A stretch of DNA of 64,000 nt, from the IMG/VR virus record IMGVR_UViG_3300027908_000022, positions 1,572 to 65,571 of that record, one strand, 5' to 3'. Positions within the stretch are counted from its first letter, which is position 1, and every line of letters starts with the position of its first letter. This document shows, in pieces, positions 48,099 to 58,520 of this stretch. Below the pieces are notes generated by a model. That model did not search any database. It worked only from the letters and a program-made list of their open reading frames with translations, and had not been told where the DNA came from. Both the position numbers and the translations under genes were made by a program. This stretch comes from a virus.

Positions 48099-49592
48099 AT
48101 GAAGGGCAAGCGCCTTCCGTTGGGTGAGTGGCCGAAGGAGCCCGGCGACTACATGGGCCCGATCATGGGGTACACCGGCGACAAGCCGGCTGTCTTCTTC
48201 CTCAAGCCCAACGCACGCGATCCGGGTGTACCGGCCATCGCTCGCGCGCTCCAGCACGCGGTGTCACCACCGCATACGTTTCGAGAGTGCCCCGATGGGA
48301 GCCTCGAGATCCGCGCATCGCTCGGCGACATGCACGAGCAGTCCGACGGGTCCAAGCTCATTCAGGTGAGCGACGGATGGCATGGGTACCTCGACGAGGG
48401 CCACGAGTGGCGGAAGTGCTGATCATGCGCGCGAGAAAGGAGGAGACGATGGGCCTCAGCGAGAAGTACTGCCGGGAGCTGCATAGCGACCACCTGGCCA
48501 ATCACGCCATACACTGGTGGCGCTGCTACCTGCTGAAGGGTCACGAGGGCCCCTGTCGGCGCATCGACACTCTGCCAGATGACGTGACCGCTGTGCAGAT
48601 GGGGGAGCCGTGCGACACCTGCAACGACACTAGGACCGTGCCGGACTGTCTGGGTACAGCGACCCCAAGGATGCTCCCGTGTCCGGCGTGCTCCGCAGCC
48701 CCACTGTCCCAGGAGTGAAGACCGTGCGCGCTTACACGCTGGCGACGAAGGAGACGTAGCGATGAGCCTCTGGGACTGCCACAAGGTGACCGATCCGAAG
48801 GAAGTAGACGAGGCCCTGAGCAAGATCCGGGCGTTGTCGCCAGAGCAGCTCAAGGCTGAGCGGGAAGCTCACCTCGTGACCTACTGCGAGCACGGCACCC
48901 TGCGCACAGCGCACTGCCCCTGGTGTCACATCCAGACGCCGGCCTACCGGCAGGCGCTCGCTAATGCCATGTGGACGGTGCTGGATTGATGCGCGCTTTG
49001 AGCGGGAAGGAGAGAGGGCCATGAGTGACGGACCGACGAGGCAGGAAGCGGCACGCGACAAGCTCGAACGTGCGGCGATGCGATTCAGCGTGGTCGGACG
49101 TCGGCCGGCGACGGACGAGAACCGACCCAAGTTCCAGCGAGCGACGGCAGCGCTACATAGTGCCGCGATGGACTATGCCTCCGCCGTCTCGAAGAGGCAG
49201 GAGACATGACGCACGAAGAGGGGGCCCGGAAGTGGCTGAACGATCGTAACCTGCTGGTGATCTTGGGCGACCACGAGGCGCAGGTCGTCACCTCCCTCGC
49301 CGCCGAGTTCGAGGCGGTCGCGGCGGAGGCGGCCGATACGGAGACGGTTCGAGCGAGGGTGCATGCCGCGAGTGCGAATCTGTGGGCGAAGAAGCTGGAC
49401 GAGGAACGCGCCGCCCATGAACGCACCAAGATCGAACTGAGCCAGCAGGTGGGCGCCGCCCTTGTCGAGCGCGACGAACTCCTGGCCCAGCGCGACGCCT
49501 TCGGGCAGAAGGCGCTGCAGCTACAGGACAGGGTGCGGGAGCTGGAGGCGCAGCAGCTACTGCTCGCCACCACCGCGGGCACGGGAAAGTAG
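48099..49592 (+). CDS. Run of small hypothetical ORFs (48099-48422, 48425-48718, 48762-48989, 49021-49209, 49206-49592)
   Basis: RBS-preceded starts; the first has the PPH...E..DG.L.I..S....WHGYL motif. Confidence 0.55.
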
Positions 49593-49600
49593 CCTCGCAA

Positions 49601-50146
49601 TCACCTGAAGTCGCTTGCCGCGAGCTCGGGCGGATCGTTGAGGCCGAGCGCCAGCCTGAGAAGATGCCGGGCGCGCTCCACTCTGTGAGCCGCCGCGTGA
49701 CGCGACGTCGTGCCCTCGGCGACTACGTCCACGTTGCAATCCCCCCACATGATCGATGCGGGCGACGCCGGACAACGCTTGGCCCCACGCTTGAGTAGCT
49801 TCCGCCACGCGCGAGCCTGCGCCATGGCCGAGCCGTCCCCTTCGACGCTCTGGAGCTGCCAGGCGCCGTGGCTCTTGCCGCCGTCCCCGCTCTTCTCTTG
49901 GAGGTTCAGCGAGCTCTCCTTGAAGGCCCAGTAGACCTGGACTGCGGCGTCCTCCGCGTACGAGCCGAAGACCGGGGCGTATTCGGCCGCCTCTTCCGGC
50001 GTCTTGGCCAGCATGGCGTCCTCCGCGTCGTCCGCCACAACCGTGGCCGTAGCCTCCGCGATGGCGCTAGCGTCCCTCGTGTGGTCAAGACCTCGACCGG
50101 TAAGGGCGAGGATGGCGAGCAGGCAGAGCTTGAGTAGGTGGGCCAT
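49601..50146 (-). CDS. Lysozyme-like / SLT-fold protein with N-terminal signal
   Basis: FKESSL....SGDGGKSHGAWQLQ motif; hydrophobic N-terminus. Confidence 0.6.
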   Translation of the reverse strand: MAHLLKLCLLAILALTGRGLDHTRDASAIAEATATVVADDAEDAMLAKTPEEAAEYAPVFGSYAEDAAVQVYWAFKESSLNLQEKSGDGGKSHGAWQLQSVEGDGSAMAQARAWRKLLKRGAKRCPASPASIMWGDCNVDVVAEGTTSRHAAAHRVERARHLLRLALGLNDPPELAASDFR

Positions 50147-50199
50147 GGCGCGCAACCCTAGGCCATGAGGCCGGATGAGGCAACTTTGGAACGCGACTG

Positions 50200-50937
50200 T
50201 TACGGGATGCCGGGCTGCGTGTCTTCCGAGTCGGATTCCGGCGGCATCGTGTCCCGGGTCGCCCCCTCGGGGATCGGGATGGCCCACCGGCCCGTCGACG
50301 TCGCCCAGATCGCGAAGCACGACCGGCCCTCGAAGTCCTCGAACGCGGCGTCGAAGTCGACCTCGGTCCCGCCGCATTGCTGATCGAACGGCAGGCCCTG
50401 GACGAGGCAGTACCCGCATTGCGGCTCGGCGGCGTTGCCCTGAGCGTCCACGATGCGGCTCCCGCTCTTGTAGTACCGTGTGGCCGCCAAGGCGTAGAGC
50501 TCGGCGCTGGTCATCGTGAGGCCCGCGCCGATGTAGGCGCCGCTCGTGCAGCCGGTCGCCACGATCGTGGCGGCAAAGGCGTGCTCGTAGGTCGTGATGT
50601 CGGCGATGATCGCGCCGGCGGGGTCCTCGAGGTCCACGAGGATCGTCAGCATCCCGCCGCGCGGGACGCCGATGCTCTTCAGGTGGTCGAGGATGGCTTG
50701 CGCGTCGGCGGCCCCTGACGCGGCCGTAAAGCCGCTCTTGCGTCCGTAGCTGATGAAGACGACGCCGAGCCCTACGCTCGTCAATGCGAGGACTTCGGCC
50801 GACGTGACCGAGGTCCCGTACCGGATCGCGAAGGTCTTCCCAGCGGCCCGCCAGGCGGCGGCAATCGTGGGGGTCGCCACGGCCACGGTGTCGACCCCGG
50901 CCGAGCCGGGGGGGATGGGGCGAGCGACGAGCGTCAT
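50200..50937 (-). CDS. DUF1906 / GH25-like glycoside hydrolase (putative endolysin)
   Basis: GVDTV, AGKTFAIRY, EV.AL...GLGVVFI, G.ADA, VDLE, GAYIG. Confidence 0.75.
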   Translation of the reverse strand: MTLVARPIPPGSAGVDTVAVATPTIAAAWRAAGKTFAIRYGTSVTSAEVLALTSVGLGVVFISYGRKSGFTAASGAADAQAILDHLKSIGVPRGGMLTILVDLEDPAGAIIADITTYEHAFAATIVATGCTSGAYIGAGLTMTSAELYALAATRYYKSGSRIVDAQGNAAEPQCGYCLVQGLPFDQQCGGTEVDFDAAFEDFEGRSCFAIWATSTGRWAIPIPEGATRDTMPPESDSEDTQPGIP

Positions 50938-50950
50938 GGTGCCCGTGAAG

Positions 50951-51719
50951 TTAGATGGCCCGGATCCCGGCGATGGCGCCGGCCACGTTGCCCACCGCGC
51001 TGCCGATCCCACCAAGCGCCGAAATGATGGCGAGGACGCGCTGACCCGCGGGCGTCGCGGGATCGGTCCAGTCCATGTCATCGTAACACGCGAGCTCAAG
51101 CGCCTGCAGGCTTGGCGGTAGCGCCGCGATGCGCCGCCACTTCGGGCCATCGATGTGGGTCACCTGCTCGAGCTCGACGAGCAGCGTCGTCTCGTCGCTC
51201 ATGGCAGGCACCCCGCGTCGGCGGCGACGGGCGATGCCGCGCCGTGTCGGTGGAGCATCGACCCTAGGTTGCAGCCGATGGCGTCGAAGCAGCCGGCCGC
51301 CTGATCCGACGTACATCCGGCATCCGACAGACAGAGCGCCTCGCACCCCTTCGCGAGCTGGTCGGAGTGCGTCCCCGAGACCGTATCCTTGGCCTCCCAC
51401 GGGGGGCTACTGCCGCACGCCGTAAGTGCCATGGCGAAGATCACGAGCTTCACGGACCGCCGTCGCCCCGCGTGCAGGGGACGGCGCACGTCTGCACCGT
51501 GCTGCCGTGCACGTACATGCAGGCAAGCCATGCAGGCTCGTCCGGGGCTGCGTGTTGGGCGTGGACCGCTGCGACGCCGCCGTCGCTCGGCGCGAGACAG
51601 CCGGCCTCGACGAGCGCGCTGTACACGGTCGCGTCACTCGGGAGCGACGGCGAGCAGTCGCCGCACGCCACGGGGAGGAGCGCGACGGCCCATCCAACGA
51701 GGAGAACTGCGGCTTTCAC
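50951..51719 (-). CDS. Three small ORFs (50951-51202, 51199-51453, 51450-51719); the latter two lipoprotein-like
   Basis: Lipobox-like LTAC and PVAC after hydrophobic leaders; coupled starts. Confidence 0.55.
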
Positions 51720-52729
51720 GATGCCGCCGGCCAGCTGGCCGCCATGCCGGCTTGTGCGTTGGCGATGGCCTGCGCTTGGGTCTGGAGGGGATCGCCGGCC
51801 GTGATGCCGGCTGCCGCCCCCGCAAGCGCCTCGGCGAACGTGGCGCTCCCCGCCGGGGGGGGCGCTGGCGGCGTCACGGGTCCGGGAACTTGGACGCTCC
51901 CACCGAAATACTGATTGAACGCCGTAATCATCGCCGCGGCGTTGAGGCCGCTCGGCGCGGTCCCGCTCTTCTTGTTCACCCAGTCCATCGAGACGCGGAC
52001 GGCCATGCCGCCGCCCTGCGCGGGCGCGAACCAGGCTGCGACGGCAGCCCAGGTCACCAGGCCCAGCATGCCCCAGGTCATCACCAGGAGGCCCTCGGCC
52101 GTCGCTGCGACGGCGACGATCGCCTTCGGGTTGTAGCCGCACGAGCCGATGCAGTGGCCGTTATTGGCGTCCGCGGTCCCGGCCGTGACGTCCCAAACGA
52201 ACCCGCTTTGCGACGGCATGTTCTGGACGATGCTGTCCGGGATGCCAAACCACATCTTGAGGTTGCCGAACTCCGCGAGCGCGTACTTCACCTCGGCCTG
52301 ATTGGTGGCGTCGACCATGGCCCAGCCGGCGTCCTTGCTGCCGTCGGCGTAGCCGTGGCTGACGCGGTAGTTCAGGTCGGCGATCGGGTCGGTCCCCTGG
52401 TCGGTCGACGGGTCGGACTCGACGAAGCCCGTGATCGCGCTGTAGTCCGCGAGCGCTTGCTGGTCGCTGTACTCGTAGATCGCGCCCGCGTTGCCCGTGA
52501 TCACGCCGAGGTAGTGCGCGTCCTCGGCCTCGACGCAATCGCCATAATTGGCGTTGCCCTCGATGTCCTCGATGACGGAGATCGCGGCAGGTGACCAGTC
52601 GACCGTGTCGGGCGTCGCCGGGATGGCGCCCGCCTTGAGGAACGCCTTGAGCTTGGGGGCATGCAAATGAGCGAACGGCGACGGGAGCTTGCAGGCTCCA
52701 ATAACGCGGCCGTGGACGATGCGCTTCAC
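51716..52729 (-). CDS. Papain-like cysteine protease (C1/C39-like)
   Basis: DW....GNANYGDCVEA (catalytic Cys) and NNGHCIG..GY (catalytic His). Confidence 0.6.
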   Translation of the reverse strand: MKRIVHGRVIGACKLPSPFAHLHAPKLKAFLKAGAIPATPDTVDWSPAAISVIEDIEGNANYGDCVEAEDAHYLGVITGNAGAIYEYSDQQALADYSAITGFVESDPSTDQGTDPIADLNYRVSHGYADGSKDAGWAMVDATNQAEVKYALAEFGNLKMWFGIPDSIVQNMPSQSGFVWDVTAGTADANNGHCIGSCGYNPKAIVAVAATAEGLLVMTWGMLGLVTWAAVAAWFAPAQGGGMAVRVSMDWVNKKSGTAPSGLNAAAMITAFNQYFGGSVQVPGPVTPPAPPPAGSATFAEALAGAAAGITAGDPLQTQAQAIANAQAGMAASWPAAS

Positions 52730-53625
52730 TTGGCCACCGTCGCCGCTGGCGCTGCGGCAGGCAATGGGCCCACGACGCTCGGGCAATTGCCGTTCGCGAA
52801 GTTCGACGCCGTGTACTCGGAGAAGGCCGTCAGTACGACAGCGCCCGCGCCGGCGACGGCGGCGCTGATGGCGAGGCCCTCCTGAGCACTCGCGTTCGAG
52901 CTCGGAACGGCGGCCGCCGTTCCGCCGAGCGCCGCGGCCGCGCCGCCGAGGGCGAAGTCGCCAATAACGAACCCGTCATGAAGGGTCGCCGTGTTCTCAC
53001 AGCTCGAGACCTGGGCCGTATTGGCCGGCGTCACGGGGACGATCGGCGCGGAACTCAAACACCCGGACTGCAGGAGCCCGAGGGCCATCACGAGGATGCC
53101 GAGCGCCCAGCCACCGATCCGGGCCGCCGCCGGGGGCGTGGGCGGAGGCGCCGCCGGCACCACAACGGGTTGCTGGATGACGCCAGGGATCTGAGGCGGC
53201 TTCTTCTTGCCGGTCTGCGTGTGCTGGTGGATCGTGACGCCGATCGTCGAGCCGCCGAGCGAGAGGAAACCCGCCAGCGTCGCGTTGAACCAGGCCGCGC
53301 CGTTCACCGTGGGTACCGACTGGAGGTAGGCCACGAAGTTCAGGAGGTAGCCGCCGATGAGGCCGACGTAGGGGAGCCACGCGGTGGGGACCGTCGCGAC
53401 GCCGAACACGGACCCGCTGTTCTTCGCGTTGATCAGGAACCCGGCGATCAACGCGAGAATCGCGATGGTGGCGGACGTCGGGTTGAGGACCGCAACAGGT
53501 GCGACCGTGATCGCCCCCTGCGCGTACGCGATACGGTCGAGCAGGCACACCAGCACGAGGCTCAGCAGCAAGGTGCCGAGCACGCGCGTCAGGGAGAGCG
53601 GCCGGAGGCCGTGGTAGAGGCTCAT
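52726..53625 (-). CDS. Multi-TM membrane protein (holin-like N-half) with lipoprotein-like C-half
   Basis: Four or more TM segments; LLQSGC motif. Confidence 0.55.
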   Translation of the reverse strand: MSLYHGLRPLSLTRVLGTLLLSLVLVCLLDRIAYAQGAITVAPVAVLNPTSATIAILALIAGFLINAKNSGSVFGVATVPTAWLPYVGLIGGYLLNFVAYLQSVPTVNGAAWFNATLAGFLSLGGSTIGVTIHQHTQTGKKKPPQIPGVIQQPVVVPAAPPPTPPAAARIGGWALGILVMALGLLQSGCLSSAPIVPVTPANTAQVSSCENTATLHDGFVIGDFALGGAAAALGGTAAAVPSSNASAQEGLAISAAVAGAGAVVLTAFSEYTASNFANGNCPSVVGPLPAAAPAATVAK

Positions 53626-53666
53626 GCGTGCGAAGATAGGCCCATGGCGTGCATGGGCTGCCGCCC

Positions 53667-53846
53667 ATGATGACCATCCTCGTGCCTCTCGCCGTCTGCC
53701 TTGTCGGTGCCGTCGTGCACCTGCTCTCGAGCGGTTCCGCGGCCCCCGGCCGCGCGCGCTTTGCCACGCTTGGGGCGTACGCGTTTGCGGTCGGGCTCTG
53801 GTGGACCCTCGGCGAAGCGGCTCACCACGTGATCCACATCGGCTAG
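53667..53846 (+). CDS. Small two-TM membrane protein on the counter strand
   Basis: MMTILVPLAVCLVGAVVHLLS...FAVGLWWTL. Confidence 0.5.
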   Translation: MMTILVPLAVCLVGAVVHLLSSGSAAPGRARFATLGAYAFAVGLWWTLGEAAHHVIHIG

Positions 53847-54502
53847 TGCCCGAACCGCAGCAGTAGCTCGCGAAGCACGCCGATCAGCATGACGGCGCCG
53901 GCGCCGATGACGGCCCACCGAGTCGTAATCTTCTGCTGAGCGTTCAGCGCCTTGAGGTTGTCCTCGCGGAGCTGAGCCTCCCTGGCGAGCGCCTTGCGGT
54001 CGATCTCCGCTTGCTTGGCGAGGGCGACGCGCTCGGCCTCGGCGGCGGCGGCGGCGGCCTCGCGCTTGTCGAGCTCCAGGGCCTTCACCCGGTCGATGGC
54101 GCGCTGGAAGATGTCCTCGCTGATGTCTGCGACCTTGTTGACGTCCGGCGGCGGCGTGCTCGTATTCTTGAGCTCCGCCACGACGCGCTGACCGATCTCC
54201 TGCGACGCGTCCTTCACGAGGGCCACGTCGCTCGTGCTGCTCAGACGTTGCCGCATGGGGGGCAATTCCTGATCGTCCTGCACTTGCTCCGCGTGCCATA
54301 TCTCGAGGCGCCCGATGCGCACGCCGTGGGCCTCTTGGATGACGCGCATCTCGGCCATGTCCTCGAGGATCTCCGGGAGCTGGCTGGAGTACGCCGCCGC
54401 GATCGTGGCATATGCGCTGGCCATCTCCTGGAGCGCATGGATGATCTGATCCATCGTCGCGCCCTCAGGCAACGGCTTGAACTCACGCTGCACGGCCGCC
54501 AT
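53843..54502 (-). CDS. Coiled-coil protein with C-terminal TM anchor
   Basis: Start uncertain (54502 or 54541); C-terminal WAVIGAGAVMLIG. Confidence 0.6.
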   Translation of the reverse strand: MAAVQREFKPLPEGATMDQIIHALQEMASAYATIAAAYSSQLPEILEDMAEMRVIQEAHGVRIGRLEIWHAEQVQDDQELPPMRQRLSSTSDVALVKDASQEIGQRVVAELKNTSTPPPDVNKVADISEDIFQRAIDRVKALELDKREAAAAAAEAERVALAKQAEIDRKALAREAQLREDNLKALNAQQKITTRWAVIGAGAVMLIGVLRELLLRFGH

Positions 54503-54549
54503 GGCCGGCCGCGTCGTTGCTCGCGATTGACTGCTGGGCATGGGGGATC

Positions 54550-55875
54550 TCAGAGCGGCGTGTTGAGCAGTGGCAGTCCTGTAACCCCCGACAGGTGCGA
54601 GAACCGAAACCAAAGACTGTTGTACGTCAAGAACCCGCACGGGCTCGCGGCGATGAGGCGCGGCGTATAATACGGGTTGCCCGTCGCGATATTTGACGTC
54701 AAGACGGCCTGCGACAGATAGAACGTGATGCCGCCGTCGGGGCTGAAGGCCGCAAAGCTCGCGCCCGCGCTCGCGACATCGAGCGTCGCGAGATAGACGG
54801 CGGGGCCGATGGCCTTGAGGTCGGTGCCGTATTTGATCTTCCCCGGCGTGGCGATCATCTGTTCGGTCCAGTTGATCCCGTCCGCCGAGCGCCAGAGGTC
54901 GCAGTCGCCGCTCGAATTGTGGAACACCCCGAGCAGGAAACAGGGCCCGACGGCGTCCATCGACCAGCAGATACCGAAGATGGTCGAGGTCGAAGGGACG
55001 ATTGGCGCGCCGAGCGTCTGCTGCGTCCAGCTCACGCCGTCGGGGCTCGTCCAGTAGACGTCGACGCCCTCGGTACCCGTCGGCACGGCCACGAGCAGGT
55101 CGTTTGGGCCGCCATATCCAGCGTTATCAGCGAACTTGATCGTCCCGGTGGTAACGCCGGTGATGCTATACGATGGCGACGTCGCGCCGGTGTTCGGGTT
55201 CGGATAGAAGCCGCCGCCGTTGGCCGACAGACTGCCGATACCCACGACTACGTTTCCGTTGAACGCGTGCAGCGTGCCGACAAGATTGGCCGACGGCAGC
55301 GGACCGGTGCTGACGATATAGGTCGTGCCACCGTGTCCCCACGAGGAGCCGTTCCACAGGTTGGTGATTATCTCGCCGCCGCTCGTCGAGGCGCTGTAGG
55401 CCACCCACAAGTCCCCGGCCGTCGTCGCGTCCTCTCGGATCGAGACGTTCGTCGGAGGGTTCGCGCTGATGGTCCCGAGTGACAGCCATGTCGCCTGCGT
55501 GTTCCCGTCGAGCCCATAGCTCGCGAAGAACGAGAGCTGCGGCCCCGTGCTACCCTGGATAGCAATCGCCCAGACGTTGGACTTCGGCATCCAGCATGCC
55601 GCCATGAGCGATTCGCTCGTGCCCGCGAAAGGCGTAATCGCCTGCTCGGCGTACCAGTTCTGGAGGGCCGGCTGATAGCTTGCGGCCTGCACGGCCTGGA
55701 CGCCGGCCGACAGCTCGTTCAGCTTCCAGTTCATGAACTCCGGGACGAATGGCGTTTGCGGCGTGAAGATGTCGCCGACCGGCGTCACCTTGCACGGCTG
55801 CCCGTTCCATGGGTTCGGTCCCGCCGGATAGTCGGTCTCCAGCGCCCATCCTGTGACGTAGGCTCCTCCACTCAT
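54550..55875 (-). CDS. Tail fibre / distal baseplate protein (beta-propeller-like)
   Basis: Follows the baseplate genes; repeated S.DG..W motifs. Confidence 0.65.
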   Translation of the reverse strand: MSGGAYVTGWALETDYPAGPNPWNGQPCKVTPVGDIFTPQTPFVPEFMNWKLNELSAGVQAVQAASYQPALQNWYAEQAITPFAGTSESLMAACWMPKSNVWAIAIQGSTGPQLSFFASYGLDGNTQATWLSLGTISANPPTNVSIREDATTAGDLWVAYSASTSGGEIITNLWNGSSWGHGGTTYIVSTGPLPSANLVGTLHAFNGNVVVGIGSLSANGGGFYPNPNTGATSPSYSITGVTTGTIKFADNAGYGGPNDLLVAVPTGTEGVDVYWTSPDGVSWTQQTLGAPIVPSTSTIFGICWSMDAVGPCFLLGVFHNSSGDCDLWRSADGINWTEQMIATPGKIKYGTDLKAIGPAVYLATLDVASAGASFAAFSPDGGITFYLSQAVLTSNIATGNPYYTPRLIAASPCGFLTYNSLWFRFSHLSGVTGLPLLNTPL

Positions 55876-56549
55876 GATCGGGTCATCTCCTGCGCCGCGA
55901 GCGGCAGTCCGCCTAGTCCAGATTGATAGTAGCTACCCCAGACACCCTGGCCGGATGTCGGCGAATACACGCTGCTCCAAAGGGCATCGTTCCCGGTCGG
56001 CCAGGTCGAGTAGCTGAAGACTCCGCGCGTTCCGTTCGGCACCGCGTATCCCAAGATCCCGGCCACGAGATTCGGGTTCAGCGCCATCCCGAATATCGTC
56101 AGGCAGAAGCTCGCGCTCCCGGCCATCTGTGGAGCGATATCCGGCTGCCCTCCGTTCGGGTTCGCATCGTAATATCCGACGGGTCCCGTCGCGGTTTGGA
56201 GCAAAATGCCGGCGATCTTCGACCAGTCGGTCGTGCGCCCCGTCGCGCGATTGACCGCGATCCGGAGGTAGATAAGCGACTTGTAATCCGCGTCGTCGTA
56301 CCCGTCGCGCCCCTGGCCGACGAGGGCCCCGATCGAATCGAATACGGTGTTTGTCTCCGGCAGCGTGTACGTCGGCGCCGATGCGAGAAACCGCGCGCCG
56401 AGGACTTGCCACGACGCGTCCTCGATGTCCTGCAGCGGCTGCAGTAGCGCGGCGAGCCAGTTGCGCACGTTGTACTTCGTGGCATAGGCCGAGGTGAGGC
56501 GCGCGAGGCCTTGGGCCACGATCCGCGGGTTGTAGAGGGGAAGCGCCAT
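55872..56549 (-). CDS. Baseplate protein (DUF2612 / Mu gp48-like)
   Basis: DSIGALVG..R....D..Y...I.L.I..N motif downstream of baseplate J. Confidence 0.75.
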   Translation of the reverse strand: MALPLYNPRIVAQGLARLTSAYATKYNVRNWLAALLQPLQDIEDASWQVLGARFLASAPTYTLPETNTVFDSIGALVGQGRDGYDDADYKSLIYLRIAVNRATGRTTDWSKIAGILLQTATGPVGYYDANPNGGQPDIAPQMAGSASFCLTIFGMALNPNLVAGILGYAVPNGTRGVFSYSTWPTGNDALWSSVYSPTSGQGVWGSYYQSGLGGLPLAAQEMTRS

Positions 56550-56552
56550 GCA

Positions 56553-58043
56553 TCACCCCTCCGTCAGATCGATGTTGCTGGCCGAGATCGCCGCGATCTG
56601 ATTGGCCTCGACGACCAGGGACGTCGTGACCGACGGCGATGGCGGGAACTGGATCTGCAGGTTCGAAACGTCAAGCACCCCGGGGACGCCGGAGATCACG
56701 GCCTCGATCTGGGACGCATAAACGTTGCCTCCGGGAGTCATCTGACCGGGCGGCGGCTGGCCATTCGCAGGGGTCTTGGCGGTGGCTGCCTCGACGAGTG
56801 CCGCTTCGATGGCCGTCTCGAGTGTCGCCCATACGACGTTCGCCCGCGGCGTCACGGTGGCGATAATGGTGAGCGGCTTCGGCGTCGGGACGCTGTACGA
56901 GACGGTTTGAACACCGAGGTTCGGATCGACGATCGTCACCGAGATCGACCCCACGGGGGAGATCCCGGCGGGCTTGTTGTTATAGATGATCTGCCCGATC
57001 TGGGCGGGCGTCAGCGTGCCCGTCGGGTCATACACGAACACGGCGTACGAAAACGGCGGAATGCCGATTCCGTTGATCACCTGGAAGTACCATTCCGGGT
57101 TCTCGAGGACCGACGCATTGATCGAGACTGGCGGCTCCAAGTTCGCGGCGAACTCGATCAGTGCCGCGGCCGTTGCGGCGGCCGTGCACGAGCCGCTGGC
57201 GGCGATTTCCTCGGCCTGTCGCGGACCATATGCGGGATCGAGTTCCTCGTTCTCGCCGACCTGCGTCTGCGAGCCCGGGCCCGGGTTGTCGATCGAGGAC
57301 CAGCCGGTGACGGGTGTCGAGATATCGGTCAGCGTCCCGTCGTTGACGGCCGGCGTCTGCCCGATGACCTGCGACTGGAACAGTGCCACGCAGTTCGTCC
57401 CAAACGTCACAACTCCGCCGGAGACATAGGCGTTCGCGTATGTCGATCCTTGGATGGTAAAATGTGTACTGTCGACGACCGTGATCTCGGCGGTGCCGTT
57501 CGCCTCCGTCGTGCCCTGCACCTGCGAGATCGTGACCGTCTGATTGGTCGTCAGCGCCGAGGTGCTGGCAACCTCAATCTCGACGAGGCCGCTATCGTCC
57601 GACGTTCCGAGCACGGCCATATTCGGCGTGATCTGCGCGGCAACGATCGTATACACGTTCTGGAACGTGAAGGACGGTGTCCCGTCGATATAGGCGACAA
57701 GGGAGCCGGCGGCATAGGGCGCATGCGCCGGATCGAGCGTGAGCGTGCATTCGACTTGCGTGTAGGATGCACCCTCGCGCGGCACGCCGATGATGTCGCC
57801 CAGATTGTCAAGCGCGGCGCCCTCGGCGTCTTCGCGATTGAACTGGTTGAAACAGACCTGCAGCAGCTCCCACGCGCTCGAGTAGTATGCTCCGTAGATT
57901 GCAAGGATCTGGCCGTCCGCGGTCTGCGGCGACAGATCGAGCTGCGGGTCGATGGCATTCCAAAGCTGTTGCTGGATGCCGCTTATGATGACGGACAACG
58001 GCGGGACGACGAACCCCGCGGGCGTGACGCCATAGGCCGGCAT
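56553..58043 (-). CDS. Baseplate J / Mu gp47-like protein
   Basis: YGVTPAGFV.P.L, DLSPQT.DGQ, A.G.ALD.LG.IIG..R, GW..IDN....G...E.D. Confidence 0.85.
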   Translation of the reverse strand: MPAYGVTPAGFVVPPLSVIISGIQQQLWNAIDPQLDLSPQTADGQILAIYGAYYSSAWELLQVCFNQFNREDAEGAALDNLGDIIGVPREGASYTQVECTLTLDPAHAPYAAGSLVAYIDGTPSFTFQNVYTIVAAQITPNMAVLGTSDDSGLVEIEVASTSALTTNQTVTISQVQGTTEANGTAEITVVDSTHFTIQGSTYANAYVSGGVVTFGTNCVALFQSQVIGQTPAVNDGTLTDISTPVTGWSSIDNPGPGSQTQVGENEELDPAYGPRQAEEIAASGSCTAAATAAALIEFAANLEPPVSINASVLENPEWYFQVINGIGIPPFSYAVFVYDPTGTLTPAQIGQIIYNNKPAGISPVGSISVTIVDPNLGVQTVSYSVPTPKPLTIIATVTPRANVVWATLETAIEAALVEAATAKTPANGQPPPGQMTPGGNVYASQIEAVISGVPGVLDVSNLQIQFPPSPSVTTSLVVEANQIAAISASNIDLTEG

Positions 58044-58044
58044 A

Positions 58045-58419
58045 TCAGTTCCCGTTGGCCAGGACAGAGAACGGCTGATTCGATCCGCCCGTCAGGATCG
58101 CGCCGGTGTTGAGGACTGCCTCGAAGTTGTACGAGAACGCGCGCTGTACACGGTTGAAGTTGACCTGAGCCGTGACGCTCACGACCCCGGTGACGCTGAG
58201 AATTGCCTGCTTCAAAAGCGATTCGATCTGCGTCGTGCTGACGATCTTGAGGCCGAGTATCGTCTTCCAGGGGAATCCGAGGTTCTGGTCAAGGAACCAC
58301 TCACTGGCCCACAAGCCGAGAATTTGGACGCACTGCAGGCGCGCGCACTCGCCCGGATCGGTGACGAGCACCCGCGGGATCTGGAGGTCGCCGTCGTCTT
58401 CGATCGCGAAAGTGGACAC
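58045..58419 (-). CDS. Baseplate wedge / sheath initiator (gp25-like)
   Basis: L.LW.SEWFLDQNLGFPW..ILG...I..V.GV.SV. Confidence 0.8.
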   Translation of the reverse strand: MSTFAIEDDGDLQIPRVLVTDPGECARLQCVQILGLWASEWFLDQNLGFPWKTILGLKIVSTTQIESLLKQAILSVTGVVSVTAQVNFNRVQRAFSYNFEAVLNTGAILTGGSNQPFSVLANGN

Positions 58420-58520
58420 GCTCCGCGAAGGTAGGGCGCGGGCCCCATCATCCCACCTGTACGGTTGAGCAATTCCGTCGGGTTCTCCGGGGCCTTACCT
58501 TAGAGATGGAGGGACGATAG

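Noticed and set aside
56511-58112. 533-aa + strand ORF
   Set aside because: Antisense shadow of baseplate J.
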